NCBI RefSeq assembly: GCF_001194135.2
Contig: NC_068988.1
Span: 51,654,328-51,688,781 of the forward strand
Source of the DNA: Octopus bimaculoides
Lineage: Eukaryota
DNA: 34,454 nucleotides
Reading direction: 5' to 3'
In this document: positions 1 to 11,415 of the stretch, one piece after another
Layout of the letters: each line of letters opens with the position of its first letter
How positions within the stretch are numbered: position 1 is the first letter of the stretch
Made by a program: the position numbers and the translations under genes
Notes under the pieces: model-generated
What the model saw: the letters and a program-made list of their open reading frames with translations, nothing else
Databases searched by the model: none
What the model was told of the DNA's origin: nothing

Positions 1-15
1 GATGATATATATATG

Positions 16-840
16 TAGAAAAAATATAGAGAAAAAAAATAATACATAGGGAGCTGTAGCACAACAGTTCATTCGCTGAGGCCAATAGCCAATAAAACAA
101 ATTCAAAACAAGTAGTATGAAAGTTCAACTACCTCCCCCATGACAGCAAATTTAGTAGGTAAAATTCAATTTCATAAACAGGAATACCGAAGCACATGGG
201 ACAAAACAACAACAGAACATGCAAAGTGTGGCAAAGTAAAATCCAAGTTTCACCATTCCGCAGGTAACATCAGTAAAGTCAAACCATAAACATCATTTAC
301 AGTGGATTACGAGTATAGGTGGAACACAAACACAGAACACCTATGGCCATTTCGGGGGTATATCACCGTATTTAATGCACAATAGAACACAAATTGGTGA
401 TAATCCCTTCTTAAGGGTAAAAAAAGACACACAGACATCAACAAAGTCACCAGTCAAGAAAATTATAATTACGAGAGCAAGCTTAAATAAATAATATGGA
501 CTAGACCAAAAAAAAAAAAAAAAAATCTAATTTTTAGTATACCCTTTAGAATAGTCAGGCAGGTTTGGTAACTAAAACTATTAGGTTTCAAATCCAATGT
601 AAACCATGATAAAAAATTAATACTACCATTGTATCCATATTTTTATTATTATTTTAATATCAATTATTTTTGTCTATTCATTTACTTCTATTTTACCTAC
701 TAAATTTGCTGTCATGAGGGAGATAGTTGAACTTTCGTACTACTTGTCTTGAATTTGTTTTATTGGCTATTGGCCTCAGCGAATGAACTGTTGTGCAACA
801 TCTCCCTATGTATTGTTTTTTTTTCTCTATATTTTTTCTA
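16..840. repeat. Long inverted repeat: arms 16-164 and 691-840, spacer about 525 bp
   Basis: Manual alignment of 16-164 with the reverse complement of 691-840 gives about 7 substitutions and 1 indel over about 150 bp. Confidence 0.93.
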
Positions 841-1092
841 TATATTTATATTTTTATTCTACTGTATTTGTACCAGTCTCTAATATTTTTAATCAATTTT
901 TAGACGCTGTTTATTTATTTATTTATATTATTCTATTGCATTTTTAATTGATTTTTATTCTTATGTATAAAAATTTTGACCACCCTTTACTAATTTGGTT
1001 TTTGTGGTCTATGTTGTACTTCTTGTGGTCATTGGTGGGCTACGGCTTTTCAAGTCGATGACCTAACGGTTTTATTCTGCAATTAACTTTGT

Positions 1093-1096
1093 TATA

Positions 1097-1138
<42 letters not shown>
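1093..1138. repeat. (TA)n microsatellite
   Basis: Direct reading. Confidence 0.9.
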
Positions 1139-2637
1139 CATATTAATCATTGATTCTATAATGGCCAGGGGAGAAGGAGGAGGCCGTACAGGAAGGAAGG
1201 AAAGACAACACTGAACTTTACAAATCCGTCACACTGGTGAAACTGATGCAGTTGAGCTTTAGTCTGGGCATTTGTAGATCAATGTCTACGAAAAGTATGA
1301 ACCGGTAGGTAATTCTAGTTCCAGAGAAGTAAACGGAAACATGCTTCACATAAGAACTAAGAGATGAGATACAATCAAGAGTGATGTAACAAAGAAATGG
1401 GGCAACTGGACTCAAGTGAAGAGAGTATGAAGTAGGAATTTCAACACAACAGAGGCTATTGTAGTATAAATATAGAAAAGGCAGTGAAAAGAAACAGTGC
1501 ATCTGTAAGCTAGTGGGTGAAGTATGCTGGGTGATTGAATATTTGCCAATCAGATGACCTCCTTTTATATGTGATGTAGAATGTTAGTGTATTAGTGTGT
1601 TGTATGTGTGTTCACACGTGCACACAAATATAGCAAGTTACAGCTCCAAGGGGCAGTATTCAATAAGTATGAAATGATAAAGTTGAAAAACTTGAGAAAT
1701 AAAAGAAACATTTACTTTCCCAATAAATTCTGTTTCTGTCAAAACAATTGGGGCTGAAAACAGCAAAGATAAATGGGATAGATCCAAGCATTCTGACAGG
1801 AATTTTCAGAAAATAAGAAAATAAAGAAAATAAAAACATAAGTAGCACACACCCTTCACTGGTATTTGGAAGTGTTTATAACAAAATGTTTGCCTCCTTA
1901 TGTATGTTATATCTCAAATAACAGACCAAATAAAACTATTCAAAGCTCAGACATCTATCTACACACAAGTATGTAAGGAACTTGCAGTTTGCGACAGAAA
2001 TTAATTTTAAATTGAGAATGGAAACAAAATCATTGTAAACAATATAAATAAACTCTAGTCATTTGTTGGAAGATGTTTAACATCATGTTGTAGGGTTCAT
2101 CAAAGTAACGGACACTGCATTATTTGAAACATTCAATTATCAATAAATAATATATACACTGATGTATGTATTGAATATATTTTAGCAAGGAGTAAGCAGA
2201 AGAGAAGGAGAAAAGAAAGAGAAAGGAAAAGAGGTAGAAAAAGAGAAGGAAGTGAGATGCATAATAAAAATAAAAAAGCACTAGATTCTGGTTTTGACAA
2301 TAAGGAAGTTTGAAAAGAGAAAGCATGAATGATACTGAACATTATTTTCAATATAGCTACCCCAATCTCAAAACATAGTTTTCTCTCTCTCTCAGTTACA
2401 CCACAGAAGTTAATACTTATGAATTCATGTTAAGTGTTATTTCTAATGACCTATCTTTCAGTCCAAAAATACCATCATCACAATTACTAATAACTGCTTT
2501 TCCTGTACAAAGCAATCAAAATGGTGCCAGGCTACTACTACTACTCTCTACATATGGCTTCCATATATAATGGTAGAGTACAATGTCACTAACAGTTCAA
2601 AAAGTGGAATAAATTAGTTTGCTGTAAAGAAGAGAAG

Positions 2638-2662
2638 TCTAACGTTTTGACCCAAACCCTTC

Positions 2663-2670
<8 letters not shown>
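2638..2670 (-). ncRNA. Degenerate minimal hammerhead-ribozyme-like motif (Penelope-like-element type)
   Basis: Minus strand reads TCT-CTGATGA-A-GGGTTTGGGTC-AAAAC-GTT-AGA: intact CUGAUGA, TCT/AGA stem I, palindromic AACGTT stem III. GAAA reads AAAA and stem II is weak. Confidence 0.45.

Positions 2671-2702
<32 letters not shown>
2666..2702. repeat. (AG)n microsatellite
   Basis: Direct reading. Confidence 0.9.
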
Positions 2703-2704
<2 letters not shown>

Positions 2705-2747
2705 TTTTAATAAGATTTCCTAGTAACTAGTGTACTACATAGTTATG

Positions 2748-2930
2748 TAATAATCCTTTTTACTCTAGGCACAAGGCCCGAAATTTTGGGGGAGAGGATA
2801 GTCGATTAGATTGATCCCAGTATGCAATTGGTACTTAATTTATCGACCCCAAAAGGATGAAAGGTAAAGTCGACCTCAGCAGAATTTGAACTCAGAACAT
2901 AGAGACAGACAAAATACCGCTAAGTATTTC
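2748..2930 (-). mobile_element. tRNA-derived SINE, family C (core resembles the MetaSINE Meta domain), 5'-truncated, relatively young
   Basis: The plus strand reads ...GGTACTTAATTTATCGACCCCAAAAGGATGAAAGGTAAAGTCGACCTCAGCAGAATTTGAACTC, which includes a reverse-complement B box (GAGTTCAAATTC). The same core recurs at 14421-14638 and 23063-23284. Several CpGs are retained. The Meta-domain label is from recall. Confidence 0.8.
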
Positions 2931-3095
2931 TTTTACAATGTGAACTCAGATCCTGTTAAGGTTTACTTCCCTTTTTGCCCTTTTAGGTTTGATAAAATAA
3001 ATACCAGTCAAGTCCTGGGGGGGGGGGGGTCAATATAATCAATTACACCCCCTAATTTGAGGTCCTTATGCCAACATGTAAAAAAACAAAACAAT
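2931..3095 (+). mobile_element. Older, diverged family C SINE in the opposite orientation, abutting the previous copy
   Basis: TTTGATAAAATAAATACCAGTCAAGTCCTGGGGG...GTCAATATAATCAATT matches the reverse complement of the family C core. Confidence 0.55.
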
Positions 3096-3938
3096 CATTA
3101 TCTAACTTAGATATATTTCTGCCAATATTGGTCCAGGCCATGTCAAACTTAACAGTAATAGCATATATATAAGTGTAATATCTACCATTCACAAAGATTA
3201 AAATTGGCATTTTTTATTTTTAATTGTAACCCAGTTTTATGAAACTTGTGAATGGCCTTTGATAAAATAAAACCAAGGTAAAATCAGCTGTAACAGCTGC
3301 AAATATCCCTTTTGTCAAAAAGCAACTTGATTTTCTTGGATTAACTGCGTCATACATTGACAACTGTATTGTGTATATAGGTAATTAGTAGCTTTAAGGC
3401 TAGAGACGTTAGATTTGAGGATTTAGACGAAAGTTGACTGAAAACAATAGACATAGTAGATTGGTATTACTAGCTGTGATAAAAATATTAAAATCTGTGT
3501 CTGAAAACATAACTGATAAGGTGAAAATATTTGTGGCTATCTTTACTGATAACAGAAAGTCAATGAGAAAGTCAACATCACAAGGCCAAGGATGACATTT
3601 CTCAGAACCAGTTACAATAGTCTAATGAAATTTAACAAGGGACAGTTTGTAACTTATATCAAGACAAGACCCAAAAGTCCAAAAGTATACACTGGAGAAG
3701 GAAACAACACCCGAATGCACATGTAGTTATTTTTTACTAAAACTGCCACAGAACTTAATTACCAGTTTTTTTATTTTAACAACTCTGGAAGAGTGAAAGA
3801 TAAAGCTTGGCTTTAACAAGATTTGAATTCTCTAACACAAGACACTGAACAACATACTGTAAAACTTCCAGTTCAGCTTCACTTCTTGCTCAAATCATGT
3901 CTCACCTATTCCCTCTTTCAAATACTAACTCTCCATTG

Positions 3939-4189
3939 AGTCAAGGAAGCCTCCCCCACCTCTTTTCCCTGTTCTTTCCTGTCTTGCAAGTTACTTGGTA
4001 ACTTCCCTAGTGTCAGTGGTATGAAAAAAGCACCTAAAACACACTGTAAAGTGGTTGGCATCCAACCATAGAAACCCTGCTAAAAATAACATTGAAGCTT
4101 GACATGGCCCCGCAGCTCACTGGATCATGTCAAACCATCCACTTTCCATGTCAGCATGGAAAGTGGACATTGAATGACGATGATAATGA
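3939..4189 (+). mobile_element. Family B retroposon 3' end (RTE-like tail ending CATGGAAA.TGGAC...ATGATG)
   Basis: Shares GTGGTTGGC...CCATAGAAACC...GCATGGAAAGTGGACATT plus an ATG-repeat tail with the copies at 16971-17161, 25090-25296 and 34215-34426. Confidence 0.7.
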
Positions 4190-4454
4190 ATTATTTTTTT
4201 CTTAAAGTTTAGCATGGACTATACTAAGGCAAATAAATTGTGGTGTAGGGAACCTATAAAAGAAGTAGTGATAATCTTGATAAGCTAGATGTTTACACCA
4301 ACATTCTCTACTCTTTCATCATATGATCAGCAATCCCTGAATCACTAGACACACACAATTAGTCACTTCACGTCTTATTTATATTTTCAGATATCCTAGT
4401 AAATATAATCAACAAAATGAAGCCAATGAAAATGTTTATTTAATCACATGATGT

Positions 4455-4580
4455 GTTAGAAATAGCAGCTAAATTTCCCTCTTATCAAAACACTAATGCA
4501 TTAAAAGAGAAAACAAGGACATTGAAGTGCTCGGAATATAAAATGACTTACTGATCAGGGTTGGGCTGACCTGGGAATAA
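4455..4580 (-). mobile_element. Family D dispersed repeat (core GGCTGCTATTTCTAGCA), diverged
   Basis: TAGAAATAGCAGC is the reverse complement of the core at 31037-31052. Related copies lie near 13115-13300, 16868-16940, 28190-28265 and 29215-29385. Confidence 0.55.
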
Positions 4581-5079
4581 ACAACAATTCACGAACTGGA
4601 TGACAATTCTATATTAAAAGTACAAGTGCTAGAATTGATACAAGTAAATATCTGAGTAGAAAGATACCAGTTGCTACATTTCATATTTCTGATAGAAAGA
4701 CGATGAAAACAAAATTAATAAAACTGAATTCTTCTGTTTATAGACTCACTTGAACCTCAGCATAGTAGTCAATCTTTCAATGAAATTAAATATCACCATG
4801 AACTGAATTCATACAATATGAGCAACAAAATTTAAAAGTTTGTTATAATAATTTCAACATCAATTGAAAAATGTCCAACCAATTAAAATATCTATAGTAC
4901 AGTACAGTTAACCTTCACTTGTGAGAGAGTATGGCTTAGTAGCATGTATCATACTTTCAGTAGTTGTTTTAGGTGCTGGTGTAGGTGCAAGCAGGCATAG
5001 ATACACTTTTAGCCATTTCACAAAATCCAGCAAAACATCCAGGATGTGATAGCTGGAAGGAGAGTGAGTGGACTGCACC

Positions 5080-5235
5080 AGCACTGAACTGATACTCACT
5101 GCAGTTGAGTAGAATGAAGCAATGTAAAATAGAGTGTCTTGCTCGAGGATATAAAATGCCACCTGGTCCAAGAACTGAATCTGGTGATCATGAGGTCAAT
5201 ACCCTAAACCCTAGCCATACAAATGATAGCATTGT
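5080..5235 (-). mobile_element. Diverged tRNA-derived SINE head (family E-like)
   Basis: Minus strand GGTTTAGGGTATTGACCTCATGATC...GATTCAGTTCTTGGACCAGG...CCTCGAGCAAGACACTCTATTTTACATTGCT resembles the head at 19401-19480 and the CCTTGRGCAAG core of the other SINEs. It explains the track ORFs at 4908-5341. Confidence 0.5.
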
Positions 5236-5658
5236 TTCCAACACAGATCACCAAGACTTACGCTTCCTCCAATTAACTCATGTGTTTCAATGTTCCTTTA
5301 GGACACAACTAAGAGGCAAACATACAAAATGTATTCAATGACACTTCTTTTGAAATAAATTTATATAATTCTAAGAATAAATTTGTCTGTTTAGTTCACA
5401 TGTGCTTTTTATTGTCTCACTTGGTGCCTGACCTCACTTACTACTCTGTTGTTAACCAATTCACGATCCTACCAAGATATTACTCACTGTCTAACAACAC
5501 TATTGTTATGTACCATCAGACACGTGCACACCCACAGAACAGCTTTATTCTACATAGTCTTTAAAACATCCGCGTTATACACAATATGTATATTGCATTG
5601 TTAAATGTATATGCCCTCTCCCACACATTATATATATATATATATATATATTATATAT

Positions 5659-5934
5659 NNNNNNNNNNNNNNNNNNNNNNNNNNNNNNNNNNNNNNNNNN
5701 NNNNNNNNNNNNNNNNNNNNNNNNNNNNNNNNNNNNNNNNNNNNNNNNNNNNNNNNNNNNNNNNNNNNNNNNNNNNNNNNNNNNNNNNNNNNNNNNNNNN
5801 NNNNNNNNNNNNNNNNNNNNNNNNNNNNNNNNNNNNNNNNNNNNNNNNNNNNNNNNNNNNNNNNNNNNNNNNNNNNNNNNNNNNNNNNNNNNNNNNNNNN
5901 NNNNNNNNNNNNNNNNNNNNNNNNNNNNNNNNNN
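5659..5934. other. Assembly gap (276 N) flanked by (TA)n and (GT)n
   Basis: N run. Confidence 0.99.
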
Positions 5935-6469
5935 GTGTGTGTGTGTGTGTGTGTGTGAGTGATTCACTTATCTTTTGCAAACCTCTGTTTAAAGTATTTG
6001 AATTTCAAGTGCATCTGCCATCCTTGGTGCGTCGCTCTATGGCATAGCTGGGCTGTGTTAAGGAGTAATTAATGATTTCCTTTAACAATTTCTTCAAAGA
6101 CACCCTCTGCCAGCTGAATTATATCTAAAGACATCTGTCAGCTGAAGAGGTCTTACACTATATATAGAATACAATATATTCCCCTAGTATTTCAAAGATT
6201 TAATTCCTTACCAGTCTGTACTACTCTAAATATTAATTTATTTTTTCAGAATCCCTAACTCTATAAAAGCATGTAAAGGTAAATGGATCCTTCATTGGTT
6301 TTAATGATGAATATTCCAGACAACTTCCCTATAGACTTACAGAAAATAGCTAGCATTCCACAGACTCTTGTACCCTTAGCTTAATCCCCTCATAGAATCT
6401 CGTAGATGTCAGGTGTGACAGAATCAGACCTTTAAACTACAGGTAAAGCCAATCAAACAGATTTCCAAA

Positions 6470-6622
6470 GTGTCTGGCTACCCAATTTTACTCACAAAAT
6501 TTAGGTCAACCCATTGCTGTGGTAGAAAACACTTGCCTTATGTGCCATGCAATGGCAGTAGGATCAAACTTGGAACTTCATGATTTTGAAGCAAACTTTT
6601 TAACCATTCAGTCATGCCTGAG
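6470..6622 (-). mobile_element. Family A SINE head, diverged
   Basis: Minus strand GCATGACTGAATGGTTAAAAAGTTTGCTTC...GGCAAGTGTTTTCTAC...TTGTGAGT matches the family A head at 18519-18660. Confidence 0.6.
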
Positions 6623-6627
6623 CATGA

Positions 6628-6633
6628 AGAGAG

Positions 6634-6665
<32 letters not shown>

Positions 6666-6775
6666 TGTGAGGGTGAGAGTGAGAGAGAGTGAGAGAGAGA
6701 GAGTGAGTGAGAGAGAGAGTGAGAGAGAGAGAGAGAGTGAGAGTGAGAGAGAGAGAGTGAGAGAGAGAGGGAAGA
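6628..6775. repeat. Compound (GA)n/(GAGT)n microsatellite
   Basis: Direct reading; source of the Ser/Leu ORFs in the track. Confidence 0.95.
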
Positions 6776-8460
6776 AGAATAAGAAGAATGGAATGAAATA
6801 CAAATAAGGATGGGTGTCCCTTCAGAAGCTTCAATATCTTAACTTTGGAGATATAGCTGCAAGCAAGCATAGAATCTAGACTTGAGCATGAAAGTGTGTC
6901 CAACTGAAAAGTAACATGAAGGATCAAATCACAATTAGTAACATACATTATTTTATTTTATATTTGTTATTTCACTTGTTAAATGTGTTCAACTGCTTTG
7001 GACAATTGAGAAGGAAAATAATTAAACGGTGATGTTAAAATCATAAGGCAATCCAAAAAAAATGAATAAAAAGCATAAATCAGTAATTATTCAAGAAAGA
7101 GCAATAGGAGTTGGAAGCCATACAAAACAATTGCAGCCTTGTAAATTAGGGAGATGAGATGGTGAAACAATCATCCTTTAGAATAACTGTACCTCCTCCA
7201 TTTAAGTACCGGTTCTCACTGGTACCCAAAGAATGAAAAAAGATATCTACAAGAAAAACACGAAAAACAATGTATTAATATCAGCATTGTCAGTTTTCAT
7301 AAATACATTGGATACTGGATTCACTGAATAATTTTTCTCTCTCACATCATGATATATTCATCAAGTTTTATAAATGGGCCAGCATTTAGGGAGAAACATC
7401 TGCATGTCTTAAAAGACTTAAGTTTTACAATGTAAGTATTAGAACTGCAATACAATATGGCAGTTAGTGGAAATTTAATGTGTGCATCAGCTAAAAGAGA
7501 ACAAGTGCGGTTTGCTTAATTAGCAAAGATAGAGACAGGAAGCTACAGAGGGAGAAAGAGAGAGAAACTTTATCTCCTGTATCAGTGCATGGAGAAAAAA
7601 ATTGAAGTAAAATATAATGTCTTCTTTGCAGACAAATCTTATAGATAGGGATACACAAACGTACAAAGATATTTAAATAAACACTTTGCACAAATTTAGC
7701 TATTTTTTGGGTGGAATCTTATAAGAGAGAGGGGTGGAGTGGAAATTGATGTTTGAAGGAAGTTTTACATTTCCAAAATAACATGCACTGTTATTTCACT
7801 TTTACTGTTTAACAACAGTCAGCAAAAAGTTCTGGCTGGATCCCCAAGCAACACCAATGGATATTATCTAAGCTTCTTTCTTGTGGTCTACCTTCAGATC
7901 TCTTGTCAGTTGGTTTTGTCTATAAAATCTGTCTTGCTATTCTTTCCTCAGAGGTTCTACCATATTTACTGGCAGTTGCATCTGGTAGGACTCTTTGGAG
8001 GAGGTGTCTGAGGATTCTACTCTGACAGCCCCCACAGAAATGGCACAATATAAAGAGGAGTGGATAGAACTGTTAACCATCAATCACAGCACATTTATGC
8101 TGTATTTCATACTGCATTTATGCATGTGGTAGAACTTAATGCATGTCACCTAATCTTTAAAAAAAAAAAGATTTCTCATTTTCAAATTGAGAAATAAACA
8201 CCAATGATTCATAAAATAAGTAATATTGTAAAGTCACCATTATAGTCTTAGTGCTAGAGATAATGTTACTATGTTAGTCACAACATTACATACTGCAATG
8301 TTATAGTGTTAGTTACTAAAATGTCACTATATTACACATCACAACTACTAAGGATGTATTTAGTATTCATTAACAAACACTACATTATAAGCATTATAAG
8401 TCAAAAAAAAAAGTTTTGTTCTGCATATCCATCAGCAGATTTTACAAGCAACAAAAATAG

Positions 8461-8466
8461 AGAGAT

Positions 8467-8503
<37 letters not shown>

Positions 8504-8952
8504 GTGAGAGAGATGAGGGAGCAAGGGAGATGAGAGACGAGGGAGATGAGAGACAAGGGAGATGAGAGACAAGGGAGATGAGAGACAAGGGAGATGAGAG
8601 ACAAGGGAGATGAGAGACAAGGGAGATGAAAGACGAGGGAGATGAGAGACAAGGGAGATGAGAGACGAGGGAGTGAGAGAGATGAGAGCAAGTGAGAGAT
8701 GAGGGAGAGAGAGAGATGAGGGAGAGAGAGTGAAAGATGAAGGAGAGAGAGAGAGAGTGAAAGATGAAGGAGAGAGAGAGTGAAAGATGAGGGAGAGAGA
8801 GAGTGAAAGATGAGGGAGAGAGAGAGTAAGAGATGAAGGAGAGAGAGAGTCAAAGATGAGGGAGAAAGAGAGTGAGAGCTGAGGGGGAGAGAGAGTGAGC
8901 GATGAGGGAGAGGGAAAGAGTGAGTGAGAGATGAGGGAGAGAGAGAGATGAG
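8461..8952. repeat. About 490-bp purine-rich tract containing a 16-bp minisatellite (GAGAGACAAGGGAGAT, about 9 units, 8532-8672) and degenerate GA-rich units
   Basis: Units read directly at 16-bp spacing (8532, 8548, 8564, 8580, 8596, 8612, 8628, 8644, 8660), which gives the 16-aa period in the shadow ORFs. Confidence 0.93.
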
Positions 8953-9770
8953 AGGACTGCATTGAAATATATAATGTAAACAGATGATACCTGTTAGGTT
9001 AGTATTGAATACGTGATGCTTGGTTGAAGATAAGTTGAAAATAGAATTAGATTCTAGAAAGTTAAGACATACACTGGCATATAAATGATTGGGATATGTA
9101 GAACTATGTTTCAAGAGACACATTACGGCACACATATACACACAAGAATATGATAATGATGTGATACAAGGATAATATCAGAGGAGAGATTTTGAAAAAA
9201 AAAAAAATATATATAACTATGAATTTCTCATAAAAACAAGATTTAATCAATGCAATGTTTCAAGCAGGAGGAAATAACTAGTAAATGGTATGTGCTATGA
9301 CATAATAACGTTTAGCTTAATGTGAACTCTTAAACTGAACTATCACCAACATTGCTGTTTACAAGAGCTAAGAGCACGATGACTAGTTGTCAATAAACAC
9401 TCCATAACATATCCTATAATGCTTAGAGTGTACAGTATTGATCTGTTGATAAATCGAGCAAATGCATTAGTTGGTCAGCAACAGTTGTTAAGGTTTCAAC
9501 CAAGCTATACCAGTGCAATGAACATATCAATATTTACTTTTATCACAAATTTCAAATTCATAACATTTTAAGCTAAAAGAAAAACCAGCTTTTTTTTTTT
9601 CCTTGTGCTATGAAATCTTGGAATTGGTATCTTTCATACTCTCAGTTATAAAAAAAATTGCTTTGTGCTTAAGAAAGAAATCAATAGTCATTAGCTTGGT
9701 AGGATTTGAATTCATTGTTACAAGTTCAAATCCTACTCAAATCTGCTTTGATTTTTCCATCACATACCTT

Positions 9771-10180
9771 TAGGCACAGGTGTGGTTGTGTGGGTCAGAA
9801 GCTTGATTCCCAGCCACATAATTTTGGGTTCAGTCCTAATGCATTAGTACCTTGGGCAAGTGTCTATTATTGCCATGGGTTAACCAAATCCTTGTGCTTG
9901 GATTTGGTAAACAGAAACTGAAAGATGACCATCATGTGTGTATTTGTTTCTCTTAGTCTTGCCATCACATAATAACTGTGAATAAGTCATTGTTATACAA
10001 GCAGTGTCATTCATTTCCATTATTCTATGAAAACTTGTCTGGGCCATGGGTAGATATTACTCTGCTTGGAAACAATTGAAGGTTGGCAACAGGAAGGGCA
10101 TCCAGCCATAAAAAAATAAAAGACCTATCTCAATAAACTTTGTCCAACCCATGCAAGCATGGAAAAATGGACAATGATAC
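9771..10180 (+). mobile_element. Chimeric SINE: family A tRNA head joined to the family B (RTE-like) tail
   Basis: The head GGCACAGGTGTGGTTGTGTGG...GGGTTCAGTCC...CCTTGGGCAAGTGTC runs on to GGAAGGGCATCCAGCC...CCCATGCAAGCATGGAAAAATGGAC. A matching minus-strand copy lies at about 15085-15350. Confidence 0.7.
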
Positions 10181-10870
10181 AGATACCTTTCTACCTTACC
10201 ACGCCACGACTAGATTTATTTGCAGGTCAGACAATCACAATAGCTTAATTTTAACTGTCAAAGTTTGGTTATGAAATCTTATATGAAGGTTTTAGAATAG
10301 CCGAAGACAAAACACCAGATTTATCTCCACCCAACCAAAATCAGTTTTCTATCTTGATATACAAATGTACTTTGACAAGATTCTTAATATTATTTTTCTA
10401 AATATTTGCATCTATTTAACAGATCATTGACTAATTTTTTTTACAGTCAAATACATGTATGTATGAAAGAATCAATAAAGACATAAATATTCATTGTTTA
10501 AATCAGAAACACAGTCTTCAGTGAATTAAGAACAGGATTATCTTCATTATGTCAGTCAGTAACAGTGGTCAGGCTAACACTGCCTAATTAGATCATACCT
10601 TAGTTTCTCTTTATTTGTGGAAAATATCCAAGCAAAACACTGAAATGACTTTAAAGTCCTCTAATTGGTATCCTTTGCAATAACTAACAAGAGTGTCAGT
10701 CACTTCCGTAAAACAAAACAGAACAATAACAGGAAGGAATAAGGAAAACAATAAGGAAAAGAAAACTAGAGCAAAACAGCCCAAACAATAACATTTTCTT
10801 TTCTTTTTTAATACTTTTCTCAGAAGTATGAACAAAGCTGTACACAAGTTATGATAATAAAATTCTATCA

Positions 10871-11210
10871 TTAGCGAAGGCGGAGGTATTGTCCGCCTTA
10901 GCAAAGGCGGAGGTATTGTTTTCAGTCGTATTTGTTTGTCCGTGGACAAGATATCTCAAGACCCGCTGGATGGATTCAGATGATTAGATTAGAACTGATT
11001 AGATTTGGGAATCGATCTGGTACCGGACAAGGATTCTGAATTATTTTTCTTGTTTTTTTTTTACTTAATTTTTGAGAGCGACTAGGTAGTATTCGCATTT
11101 GTGAAAGCAGTCGAGTTTATTTCAGATATTTTCATTTTAAAAATCATCTCTGGCTAATCGTTGAGAGGATGTTGGTGTTGCCTTGGCAGAGGTTTGTGCT
11201 GAGTGCTCTT
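10871..11210 (+). mobile_element. Non-autonomous Helentron/HINE (DINE-1-like) element
   Basis: 5' hairpin TCCGCCT-TAGCAA-AGGCGGA followed by GGTATTGTTTTC and a GTTT/GTC short repeat. The 3' end reads CCTTGGCAGAGGTTTGTGCTGAGTGCTCTT. This architecture is typical of HINEs, and CpGs are retained. Confidence 0.7.
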
Positions 11211-11221
11211 ATTATTATTAT

Positions 11222-11415
11222 GGTACAGGAATAGCTGTGTGGTTTAGAAGTTCACTATGCAATCATACAGTGTCAGATTCAGTCCAACTGTATGACACCT
11301 TAAAAAAGTGTTTCCTACTGTAGGTTTGGACTAATCGATGCTTTATGAGTGGAATAGGTAGATGGAAATTATGGAATCCTATAAGATTCCATAGTTTCCA
11401 TCATGTGTATATACA
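11222..11415 (+). mobile_element. Diverged family A SINE head
   Basis: GCTGTGTGGTTTAGAAGTTCACT...GATTCAGTCCAACTG...AAGTGTTTCCTACT...TTATGAGTGG aligns with the family A heads. Confidence 0.5.

Noticed and set aside
240-275. Minus-strand CTGATGTT-ACC...GGT-GAAAC as another hammerhead
   Set aside because: The core word is wrong (CUGAUGU), and there is no NUH triplet or stem I/III pairing.
1160-1560. GC-balanced stretch with a 94-aa minus ORF as a possible exon or LINE fragment (similarly 21900-22170)
   Set aside because: No frame gave a recognisable protein motif and no good splice-site pair was found; it cannot be assigned without a search.
4908-5341. 87-aa and 78-aa ORFs in a GC-balanced patch
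   Set aside because: The patch is largely a diverged tRNA-SINE head on the minus strand.
5575-6047. ORFs spanning N-gaps (also 17038-17757 and 33203-33863)
   Set aside because: Open only because N codons contain no stops; the flanks are microsatellites or SINEs.
8532-8672. Regularly spaced repeats as a possible CRISPR array
   Set aside because: The units are contiguous with no unique spacers, the context is eukaryotic and there are no cas genes.
8401-9141. 246-aa and 176-aa Ser/Leu-rich ORFs with 16-aa periodicity
   Set aside because: Translation of the GA-rich minisatellite; the period is 3 x 16 bp.
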